A stretch of DNA of 64,000 nt, from the NCBI GenBank assembly GCA_022572355.1, contig JACZWC010000011.1, forward strand, positions 3,489 to 67,488. Direction: 5' to 3'. Under the pieces are notes generated by a model. The model was not told where the DNA came from, searched no databases, and worked only from the letters and a program-made list of their open reading frames with translations. Source of the stretch: Bacteroidota bacterium. GTDB taxonomy: Bacteria > Bacteroidota > Bacteroidia > NORP154. The translations under genes and the position numbers were made by a program. Below, one piece after another: positions 15,160 to 25,000 of the stretch (position 1 is its first letter; each line of letters begins with the position of its first letter).

Positions 15160-18100
15160 TTTACCTCTATGCAAAATAGATATAGCCCCAGTATAAGGTT
15201 CCACACCTTCTACAAATATGTCAATTACATAATAGTACACTCCTACAGGTAAGTCTTTCCCACGATAAGTTCCATCCCACTCAACCGGGTAACCCACCGA
15301 ACTGAATAATTTCATTCCCCACCTGTTATAGATCTCCACAATACAGCGTGGATAGAACTCTATATTTTCTATATGCCAGGTGTCATTCCAGCCATTTCCG
15401 TTGGGAGTAATTACATTCGGAATTACGAGCAGGTGTTCAAATTCCAGACACAACTCATTTGACCATGATATTTCCTGATTGCCAAAATCCTCATAGGCAA
15501 GCACCCGGTAACAATGCTTAAATCCATCTTTCCCGCTTTCAAATGAGATACTCGTATCCAATCCCGGGTCTGCATAGAATGTATAACTCGTTTCATCGTC
15601 CAGCTTTCTCCAAACCTCATAGCGTTGAACACCCTGCTTCCAGCCGAGATATTTGTTCCACACCAGATCGATACTATTATCACTTTCTTTTTTACTTCCT
15701 TCCAACAGTATACTATTGTGCACATCTGAGGCAACCGCATCCAGGCATGCGTTGAATCCTGTTATCTGATATTCATAAGTGAAAGCATCCGTGGTAACGG
15801 CCTGGTCTATATACGACTGGTTAAGAGCAGGGACTTTTGTCAGTGTAGCCCATACGTTGTTCGTGAAGTGAAGCCGCTTCATAATGGTAATGCTGTCGGG
15901 AAATCCGATAGAATTCACTATGCTCCATTTAATTTCTATCTCTTCATCATTAAATTCACCATCCGTTACCACCTCAATCAAGATTCCTGGGGAATCCAAT
16001 ATAATATTTGCCCAACCCAGCGTATCTCCCCAACAGGAATCTTTGGTCACTTCCACTACTGTTACAACACCCATTCCAACGGTATCCCAATCCACTAAAA
16101 TCGAGTTTGTTCCTTGTCCTGTATCGATAACACCTCCGGTAACTGTCCATACATAAGTGGAGGAATCATATCCAATTACTGAGTATAGTTGTGCCAAATT
16201 GTTGGGCGGACAAATATTGGTATCCCCTGCCATTGTAACAGTTTGAGGGTAGGGGAAAATAGTAATTGCGGTATCTATGGTGTCCCCAACACAACCGGCT
16301 GCACTGATTTCTACTACGCTGATGATAAAACTCCCTGCACTGTCCCAATCCACTGTAATGGTAGCGCTGCTGTCATCTATAACATTGGTTGCTCCGGGAA
16401 CACTCCATAAGTAGGTGGAGCTTCCAAAACCATTTACGGTATAAGAAAAGCCAGCAGCATATTGACATTCTTCAAAATCCCCGACAATTGAATCTGTATA
16501 TGGAATTTCATTTATCTGAATATTTAGTACAATCGTATCACCGGCGCATGAATCCTGAGAGGTTTCCACAACCGTTATCAATCCAGTACCCAACGAATCC
16601 CAGGATACAGTAATGCTGTCGTTATCAATCGGGGTTGATACAATTTGCCCATTGACAACCACCCAATTATAGGTAGATCCAGCAAAGCCCGATATATGAT
16701 ACAAATAGGTGCTAATTGAATCAAAGCAAATGGCTGTGTCACCCATTATGCTGTCAGCCGTAGGTTTTGAATACACCGTAATGCTTTCTGTGATGGTATC
16801 CGGACATCCATTGCTTGTCACTTCAATAACCGTTAGTTGATAAACTCCGGCACTGTCCCAGATCAGGGATATGGTATCGGTGTCCACACCGCTATCAATT
16901 GTATCCCCATCCAGCAACCAGGTAATCAATGAGCCGCTAAGAGCCGAAATACTATATTCGAATGAAAGGGAATCCTCACAGAATACGAAGTTGCCTTCAA
17001 TCGTCGAATCCTGTGGAACCTGATATACACTTACATTGAGTGACACAGTATCTCCTATACAGGAGTCAGCCGAAGTTTCCACCACGCTGACAATTCCAAA
17101 CACAACTGAATCCCAATGAACAGTTACACTGTCATTGTTGAGAGCTGATATTATCGTGCCTCCTGTAACACTCCACTGGTAAGAAGATCCACTGAATCCT
17201 GAAACGTAGTAGAGGTAATCAGCCAGGGAATCATAGCAAATAGCCGTATCACCACTGATAGGGGAAGTTTGTGGCTTTAAATAAACGGTTACTGTGTCCG
17301 TTAGTGTATCTGCGCAACTGTTCACAGTTACTTCTACAACTGTAATTGTGTAGGTTCCCGCAGTATCCCATACCAGGTTGATAGTATCGGCATCAATTCC
17401 GGAAGTAACCGTATCACCATCCAACCACCAGGTCACCATGGACCCGGGTAAACTGGCCACCCAATACATATTTTGGACTGTGTCTTCGCAAAATGTAAAC
17501 CCGCCGTTAATTGCAGTTTCCTGAGGAACCTGGAATACATCGACGCTCCGTGTGATCGTGTCGCCTACACATGAGTCGCTGGAAGTTTCTATCACGGTTA
17601 TCACTCCAGAAACGACTGAATCCCACATTATCATTACGCTGTCATTGTCAAGCGGACTACTTGTAATGGTACCACCGATAACGTTCCACTGATAAGTTGA
17701 TCCCGAAAACCCGATTACATAATACAGAAACGTATCGGCGATATTGAAGCAAATCGCTGTATCACCGAAAATGCTGGCCGCAGTCGGTTTTTGATAAACG
17801 GTTACCGTATCGATAAGCGTCTGAACACAGTTGCCAATCGCCGTCTCGGTAACCGATATTTCGTAAACACCGGCCGTATCCCAGATGTACGAGATGGTAT
17901 CCATTCCAATTCCACTCGCGATTGTATCGCCATCTACGTACCAGGTGTACGTGGAGCCGTTCAACCCTACAATTGAATAGGATTCGGGAGTTGGACTCTC
18001 ACAAACCGCCATATTACCCGCAATTAAACTCGCAGTTGGCGCTTCAAAAATGGATACGTATAACGTGTCGGACGTTCCAGTACATACCGTATCAATTGTT

Positions 18101-21100
18101 GTACTTGTTTCATCGTACCAAATAAAACCCGTGCTGTCCCAATCTACAGTTACTAAGTTGCTTCCATTGCCAGAGGTGATAGTACCTCCATTGATGCTCC
18201 ATGCATATATGGAACCATTGGTGAATGTTATCTGGTAAACGATTCCTGTTAGACTATCATCACAAAGCGTGTCAGGTCCTTCAGGTACCGGAGGCTCCAA
18301 CAACACGTTGGTCTTTCCATTCATCGTGGAAGTATCTCCTGCGCAACCATTCGAATCAGTTTCGATGACAGTTATCGTCCACAGGATGGTGGTGTCCCAA
18401 TCTATGAGTATCGAATCAGTGCCCTGGCCAAAAATGATGGTGCCGTTTCCAACGAGCGACCAGGAAAATGTGGAACCTAAATCTCCTTCAACCCAGTAAC
18501 TCACACTGTCCACACCAGGGCATACGGAAATACTACCGAAGATCTCTGGTGTTGCGGGTACATCGTATACAATTACCCTGACCGTATCCGAAGAGATGCA
18601 TGAAGTGATCGTATCCGTGGTGACGACTATATAATATAGCGTATCCGGGACGCTGTCAGTGCTTATCAGCGAAACTGTTGGATTGGAAATGCTTGTATCG
18701 CTAAGTCCGGTATCCGGCGACCATGCGTAGATCAAATCAGTTTTTGCTGTTGCACCAATGGTAACAGTATCGCCAGAGCACAATGCCATATCAGGGCCTG
18801 CCTCAGATACGGGAAGCGGAAGTACAATAACCTGAACAGAATCCATTGTTGAGCAGCTATCTACTGTCGTGGTTATATAATAAACCAAGGTGTCAGAAAT
18901 GGTGTCGGTATTAAAAAGTGTCACTTGAGGATTGGAGGCTGTTGAATCCGAAAGGCCTGTTGTAGGGTTCCATAAGTAGGTATATCCGAGTGTTGTTGCT
19001 GTTCCAATAGTGTCCGAGTCTCCTGAGCAAAAGCTCACATCTGCACCTGCCTCCGATGTGGGAAGGTGATTTACAATTACAAGCACCGTGTCTTGGTCGA
19101 TGCATGAAAACCCTGTTGTCACCGATACAATGTACATGGTGGTGTCATTGGGAATTGACGGATTGGTCAATGTTACAATGGGGTTGGAAATCGTTGAATC
19201 ACTCAGGCCGGTACCAGGAGTCCACAAGTAGGTGATTCCTCCAACGTTGGCCGATCCAATCGTATCAGCATCTCCGGAGCAGATGTAGAGATCGGGGCCC
19301 GCATCTGCAATTGGCAATGGATAGATGATAACCTGAACAGAATCCATTGTTGAGCAACTGTCAAGCGTTGTGGTTACATAGTACATGACAGTGTCAATAA
19401 TAGTGTCTGAGTTGATCAGAGATATGGACGGGTTAGAAACTGTTGAATCACTGAGCCCGGTTCCAGGGTTCCAACCGTAATTATAACCGGGAATTGTAAC
19501 AACTCCCAATGCGGCGGTATCCCCCGAGCAAAAACTGGTATCATTGCCGGCATCAGAAACGGGTAAATGATTTACGATTACACGCACCGTATCTTCATCC
19601 TCACAGGCAAATACCGTCGTAACCTTCACGATATAATAGGTGGTATCATTGGGTAATAGCGGATTGGTAAGGGTAATCTCCGGATTGGACACCGTTGAAT
19701 CCGAGAGGCCGGTTGTCGGATCCCATAAATATGTATATCCTAAAATGGTGGCTGAGCCAATTGTGTCAATATCACCGGAACACAGGTATTTATCCGGTCC
19801 TGCATCCACAATAGGGGACGCGTATACCAGCACTTCTGCTGTATCATAATCTGTGCAACCGTATATGCTTGTCTCGACGATATAATTGATACTGTCTGTA
19901 ATCGTATCCAGGTTGGTCAATGTCACCACTGGGTCCGACAAGCTCGGATCAGATAAACCGGTAACAGGAGACCATAAATAGGTGTACCCCGAAGTAACCG
20001 GCGCTCCCAAAGTATCCGATAGCCCGGAGCAGAAGGCCAGATCCGGTCCGGCGTTTGGTATGGGATACGGACTTACAATCACTTGTATTGTATCTGACTC
20101 AGTACAAGCCGGTGCAGTATCCGTAGCAGTAACAATGTAGGTAAAGGTATCAGGTACCAGACCAAAGTTGATCAGTGTAATGGTGGGATCTGCCAAGGTC
20201 GAATCATTCAATCCTGTACCGGGATTCCACGAGTAAGTGTAGCCTACAATGGCTGCGGAGCCAATTCCTACAGTATCACCCGAGCAAAAATTTACATCAG
20301 ACCCAGCATCAGGCAGTGGTAATGGATACACGATTGCAATTACTGTATCTGTCTGTACACAAAACGTAAGAATATTTGTTGTTGTGACAATGTATTGGAT
20401 AGTATCAGGTGTACTCGAACCGTTCGTAAGCGTGAGAGAAGGGTCGGGAGCCGCCGGATCACTGAGGCCTGTTGTCGGAGCCCATGAATAAATGTAGTTC
20501 AGTGTAGCTGGAACGCCTAATTGAGCAGTATCTCCGGAACAGAAAAACACATCAACGCCTGCATCCGCTGCCGGATAATCGTTAACCGTTACATTCAAAT
20601 TGATAGGCCCATCCGGGCATCCCAGAGAGCTGGTAGTAATGACTTCCACAATTCCTATTCCTGCGCTGTCCCAATCCACCGTGATTGAATTGGTATTTCC
20701 GCCGGCAACTTGCGTCCCACCGGTTATTGTCCAGGTGTAAGTAGCTCCTGGATGGATGGGAACCGAATAGTTGAGTCCGGTCGTAAAAGGACAAACACTG
20801 GTAACTCCGGTTATTGTGGTCGGTCCCACAAATTCGGTAACAGTAATCTCGTACACAGCGTCTTTGGTTTTTGGAGGGCAACCATTGTCTTGTACCGATA
20901 CGGTGAATAGATAAGGAAGTCCCTGGCCTTGATCACAGGAAGTATTCCAGCAAAATTCCGTTGTTACCACGCTGTCACCAATCACTGGTGTTGTGACAGT
21001 TGCAGCGGGATTTGTAAATGAAGTATCGAATATCGGGCTCACAATTACCATCGTGAGGCTGTCACCGAACTGATCTGAGAATGTGATTGGAAAGCAGAGA

Positions 21101-22089
21101 CTGTCGCCCTCTTCTATTGTATATGATGTTTGTCCACTTCCACCGATGTTTGATAATCCTGGAGGGGGGTTAGAAGGACACTCAAGTATTAGAAGTTGCA
21201 TATCTCGCCTGGTAATACCAATAAGCTGACTATTGCGATATTCCTTGATCTCCACCGCAACGACAAATTTTCCTGTATCCGGTGACATATATTCAGAATA
21301 TCCCGTTGCCCCATTGATGTATGCATATCCATTGGCTCCAAATGGCTGGTTCTTGTTGTAATTCACGTTCTTCCAGGGAACAGTGGGAATGGTCCAGTTT
21401 AAGGTAGCTGGTGGTGCAGGCTCATAAGGTGGGTAAGGGCCATTTTCATAGGGATCCACAAAGGCAAAGAACAATTGATCGCCATCGGGGTCAAAAGCAG
21501 TGTTCAGTATGGTGCTTGTATCGTCCTTGCAGAGAAAGGGCATCGGGAGATCGGAAAAGACAGGAGAACTATTTTCAACTAAGGTTGGAGGAATAAAAGC
21601 ATGAAAGACCATTCCCCTGGTTCCCGGAATATCCTGATTGAATATATCATCATTTCTGCAGCAACGATTATAATATAAATGGTAGCCATTAAAATTTATG
21701 GGTAGATCAACCTCAGTAATATATATGCCTTCAATAATGCAAACAGTGGAGCCAACAGTACATGAATTCGGTAGATCAGGCTCTATCAGGGTCGTATCCA
21801 CTAAATTTACTACTATCGTTGTATCGAGGGGTTTATTAGAACTGGGATTCGTGGTTTCACTATAAATACCGAGGGTAACCGTAGGTTCCGGAAATGGAAT
21901 ATTAGAGCTGGGTCCGCAATTGGTGTATGTTCTGAAAATAATTCTGTACCTAAATGTTGAATCGTTTACTTGAAGTAAATATTCATAAATTAAATTTCCA
22001 CCCATAAGGTGCGTTGCATTGCCCTTGTGCGAAAAAGCAGCAATCGCTACCAATAAGAAAATGAGAATCCTGTAACTGTTACGCCTCAA
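15157..22089 (-). CDS. Giant cell-surface repeat protein with T9SS type-B (gliding-motility / CHU_C) C-terminal sorting domain
   Basis: 2310 aa, with a TTG start 2 nt after the upstream stop. Signal peptide MRRNSYRILIFLLVAIAAFSHKGNA. The N-terminal THLMGGNLIYEY domain is followed by two internal repeat arrays. The C-terminus (about 15160-15435) reads VIPNVITPNGNGWNDTW...IYNRWG...GVYYYVI, which is typical of the type-B CTD. Confidence 0.9.
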   Translation of the reverse strand: MRRNSYRILIFLLVAIAAFSHKGNATHLMGGNLIYEYLLQVNDSTFRYRIIFRTYTNCGPSSNIPFPEPTVTLGIYSETTNPSSNKPLDTTIVVNLVDTTLIEPDLPNSCTVGSTVCIIEGIYITEVDLPINFNGYHLYYNRCCRNDDIFNQDIPGTRGMVFHAFIPPTLVENSSPVFSDLPMPFLCKDDTSTILNTAFDPDGDQLFFAFVDPYENGPYPPYEPAPPATLNWTIPTVPWKNVNYNKNQPFGANGYAYINGATGYSEYMSPDTGKFVVAVEIKEYRNSQLIGITRRDMQLLILECPSNPPPGLSNIGGSGQTSYTIEEGDSLCFPITFSDQFGDSLTMVIVSPIFDTSFTNPAATVTTPVIGDSVVTTEFCWNTSCDQGQGLPYLFTVSVQDNGCPPKTKDAVYEITVTEFVGPTTITGVTSVCPFTTGLNYSVPIHPGATYTWTITGGTQVAGGNTNSITVDWDSAGIGIVEVITTSSLGCPDGPINLNVTVNDYPAADAGVDVFFCSGDTAQLGVPATLNYIYSWAPTTGLSDPAAPDPSLTLTNGSSTPDTIQYIVTTTNILTFCVQTDTVIAIVYPLPLPDAGSDVNFCSGDTVGIGSAAIVGYTYSWNPGTGLNDSTLADPTITLINFGLVPDTFTYIVTATDTAPACTESDTIQVIVSPYPIPNAGPDLAFCSGLSDTLGAPVTSGYTYLWSPVTGLSDPSLSDPVVTLTNLDTITDSINYIVETSIYGCTDYDTAEVLVYASPIVDAGPDKYLCSGDIDTIGSATILGYTYLWDPTTGLSDSTVSNPEITLTNPLLPNDTTYYIVKVTTVFACEDEDTVRVIVNHLPVSDAGNDTSFCSGDTAALGVVTIPGYNYGWNPGTGLSDSTVSNPSISLINSDTIIDTVMYYVTTTLDSCSTMDSVQVIIYPLPIADAGPDLYICSGDADTIGSANVGGITYLWTPGTGLSDSTISNPIVTLTNPSIPNDTTMYIVSVTTGFSCIDQDTVLVIVNHLPTSEAGADVSFCSGDSDTIGTATTLGYTYLWNPTTGLSDSTASNPQVTLFNTDTISDTLVYYITTTVDSCSTMDSVQVIVLPLPVSEAGPDMALCSGDTVTIGATAKTDLIYAWSPDTGLSDTSISNPTVSLISTDSVPDTLYYIVVTTDTITSCISSDTVRVIVYDVPATPEIFGSISVCPGVDSVSYWVEGDLGSTFSWSLVGNGTIIFGQGTDSILIDWDTTILWTITVIETDSNGCAGDTSTMNGKTNVLLEPPVPEGPDTLCDDSLTGIVYQITFTNGSIYAWSINGGTITSGNGSNLVTVDWDSTGFIWYDETSTTIDTVCTGTSDTLYVSIFEAPTASLIAGNMAVCESPTPESYSIVGLNGSTYTWYVDGDTIASGIGMDTISYIWDTAGVYEISVTETAIGNCVQTLIDTVTVYQKPTAASIFGDTAICFNIADTFLYYVIGFSGSTYQWNVIGGTITSSPLDNDSVMIMWDSVVSGVITVIETSSDSCVGDTITRSVDVFQVPQETAINGGFTFCEDTVQNMYWVASLPGSMVTWWLDGDTVTSGIDADTINLVWDTAGTYTITVVEVTVNSCADTLTDTVTVYLKPQTSPISGDTAICYDSLADYLYYVSGFSGSSYQWSVTGGTIISALNNDSVTVHWDSVVFGIVSVVETSADSCIGDTVSLNVSVYQVPQDSTIEGNFVFCEDSLSFEYSISALSGSLITWLLDGDTIDSGVDTDTISLIWDSAGVYQLTVIEVTSNGCPDTITESITVYSKPTADSIMGDTAICFDSISTYLYHISGFAGSTYNWVVVNGQIVSTPIDNDSITVSWDSLGTGLITVVETSQDSCAGDTIVLNIQINEIPYTDSIVGDFEECQYAAGFSYTVNGFGSSTYLWSVPGATNVIDDSSATITVDWDSAGSFIISVVEISAAGCVGDTIDTAITIFPYPQTVTMAGDTNICPPNNLAQLYSVIGYDSSTYVWTVTGGVIDTGQGTNSILVDWDTVGMGVVTVVEVTKDSCWGDTLGWANIILDSPGILIEVVTDGEFNDEEIEIKWSIVNSIGFPDSITIMKRLHFTNNVWATLTKVPALNQSYIDQAVTTDAFTYEYQITGFNACLDAVASDVHNSILLEGSKKESDNSIDLVWNKYLGWKQGVQRYEVWRKLDDETSYTFYADPGLDTSISFESGKDGFKHCYRVLAYEDFGNQEISWSNELCLEFEHLLVIPNVITPNGNGWNDTWHIENIEFYPRCIVEIYNRWGMKLFSSVGYPVEWDGTYRGKDLPVGVYYYVIDIFVEGVEPYTGAISILHRGK
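15995..18559 (-). repeat. About 10 Ig/PKD-like modules of about 80 aa that alternate between two subtypes, forming a super-repeat of about 160 aa
   Basis: Subtype 1 is ...GDTAICxxxxxxYLYYVxGFxGSTYQWxVxGGTI...WDS. Subtype 2 is ...FxFCEDxxxxxYxxxxLxGSxxTWxLDGDT...DTIxLxWDxAGxY. There are three clear two-module super-repeats. Confidence 0.75.
18560..20580 (-). repeat. Eight tandem modules of about 85 aa (motif DAGxDxxxCSGDxxxIGxxxxxGYTYxWxPxTGLSDxxxxNPxxxLxN)
   Basis: Counted in the translation of 15157-22089. The boundaries were checked by back-translating DYPAADAGVD (20580) and VYDVPATPE (about 18560). I cannot assign the module to a named domain. Confidence 0.8.
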
Positions 22090-22091
22090 GG

Positions 22092-25000
22092 TTAATGCTT
22101 AATTATTTTTCGAGAAGCCTGGCCTTGTGATCCTCTGATTATGAGTGTGTACATACCTGGCGGTTCATGTGAAATGTCAATTCTCTCCGAGTGGGTTCCG
22201 TTTATATTGAGGGATTTGGCCTGAATGGCTTGTCCCAATATGTTCTTAATGGTTAGCTCATACGCTCCGCTAAAGTTATCTCCCAAATTCAGCGTGAATA
22301 TTCCAGATGTAGGATTAGGGAAAATGCCAATATCAAGTTCAAGTGCGGTATTGTTAATTCCGAAGTATTCTATCACGATTATGTCCTTGCTAATAGAATC
22401 CTTGCAACCATTTGAATTGATTACCACCAGGGTGACCGTGTATGTACCGTTGAAGGAGTAGGTGTAGATTGGCGCTTCCAGATTGGCGAAGTTGCCGTCT
22501 CCAAAATACCAGGTCCACGTTACAGGACTTGGCGTACTTGATTCAGTGAATACAGTCGGAATCCCTTTCAACAATGTGTCGGGAATGGTCATGAGCGCAG
22601 TCATATCATCTATCGTGATTGTCTTTGTAATCGAATCACTTCCGGCAGCATTGGCTGTAACCAGTTTTACATTGTATGTACCCGGCACTGAATTGTAACA
22701 TATATTTAAAGGGTTTTGATCCGTAGACGATGATGGTGTAGCCCCATCAAAAGTCCAGCTCCAGGTAATGGCATCAACACTGGAATCGTTAAAGTTGATG
22801 CAGTCACCCTCACATATTTCTGAATCGCTTGGAGCGAAATTTGGAATTGGTGGAGGACAAACCAGAATATTCATGAACGATGATAGTGTAATCGAATCTG
22901 AACCACTAATGTTTGATGTAACCAGCGTTACATCATAAGTTCCTGGCGTGTCATAGCAAATACCCGTAGGATTTTGCGCTGGGGAGGTAGGTGTATTGGC
23001 ACCTGGAAACGACCAGCTCCAGGACGTGGGATTGTTACTTGACAAATCAGTAAACAAAACACAGCCTGTTGCGCAAATAGTTGAGTCATTTACAGAAAAT
23101 GCCGCAACCGGGAAGCATTCATTTACATCGATGAAGTTCAATTTGGTAATTGTATCTATTCCGTTCGGGTTACTGACGATAAGCGTTACCAGGTAGCTTC
23201 CAGAATCGGGATAGCAAATACTGGATGGATTTTCAACTGATGAGGTATCTGGCGTGGCTCCTGGAAATGACCATAACCAGGTGTCGGGATTGTTGCTGCT
23301 TATGTCGGTATACGATATGCAAATCCCCTCACAAAAGGAATTGCTCGATGCTGTAAAATCTGCGACCGGAACAGGACAGGATAACACCGTTAACAGGCCG
23401 CTCACCGTCGTACTATTGGATCCATAATTATTGGAAGCAGTAAGTGAAACGCTATAAGAACCTTGATTGTTATAACAGATATTGCTGGGAAATTGATCGG
23501 TGGAAGTTGAGGGAGTTCCTCCTGGGAACGACCAGCTCCACGCGGTTGCACTATCCGTGCTTAAATCGTTGAATGATATACAGGAGCCCTCGCAAAATAC
23601 TGTGTCGCCGGAAGAGAAATTGGCCGTGGGCGGAATCCCAATGTAAACAGCGTAATCTTCTGCTTGCCCGTACCACAGATCTTGACAGGGAACCGGAGCG
23701 CTTCCTGAATAATCAGAGGATACTCTCATTCGCAGCGGCGTATCATTAACTGCCGTAAAAGGAATGATTATAAATCCGGTGGGATTAAACTTGTCATCAG
23801 AAGTCAACACCCTTTCAGTGACGTCATCAAACACACCATCGTTATTATAATCTATCCAAACACGCGTGTCCTGTGGATTGCTGGGGCCTGTACTTATTGA
23901 AATTGCATATGATTGTCCCTCTGTCAAATAGGTTTGCTGAGAGCAGCTGAAATCCACGTAATCTTCAATACCGCTTCCCGTTGAATTATTGATTGCGTTG
24001 AAAGTCACGTTGTAAATTCCATATCCGCAGCAATAACCCAACGTTGAAGGAGCACAAGATGCTGCCACGGGCCCCCCGTTCAGATCAACTGTGATCAGGT
24101 TGCTATCGATGAGTGTATCGCCACCATTGCCGTTTGCCACATAGAGCAATACAGTATAAACTCCATCGGCCGCATACGTATGAGATGGATTTTGCAGGTT
24201 GCTTGTGTTGCCATCTCCAAACTCCCAATACCAGAAAGTGGGCACATTGATCGATTCATCAGTGAATTGAACAGTACCAGAGCAAGAAACGGTGTTGTCA
24301 ACTGAAAAATAGGCAATCGGAGAAAGTGTGTTTGCTAAGATCGTAATAGAATAATCTTCTGCTTGCCCTCTTTCAAGATCTGCACAGGGCAACGGAGCAG
24401 GTTCGAAATCGTAATCGGAAGCTACACGCATTCTCAGGGGAGTATTTAAAACTGCTCCTGAAGATATTGTAATGTTGCCTGAAGCATTGAGCGTGTTATT
24501 CTCAGAAAAGACAAGCTCCGTAGAATTGCTCAGATTACCGTCGTTGTTGTAATCGATCCAAACACGAACATTCTGTAAACCTGGTGAAGCTCCGCTCACA
24601 TCCACCGAAATGGCGTGGGTCTCGCCTTCTGTTACAATTGTTCCCTGGGTACAGGTGAGATCTTCATACCCCACTGAGGCGTTCGGTGTGGTGCTGTTAA
24701 TGGTATTGAAGGTCACATTGATTATGCCGAAACCGCAGCAATAATTGAGCGAAGTGGGTGTACAGCTTGCAGGTACTGGACCTCCACCTGATACATTAAC
24801 ATTGATGTAATTGCTGATGACCAACGTGTCTGATCCATATTGATTGGTCGCAATGAGCGTTACGGTATAAATTCCATCAATTGTGTATGTGTTCGTAGGA
24901 TTCTGAATAGTATCGCTATTCCCATCACCAAAATCCCAATACCAGCTGGTAGGGTTATTTGTAGATAAATCCGTAAAGTTTACAATACCATTGCAGGTGA

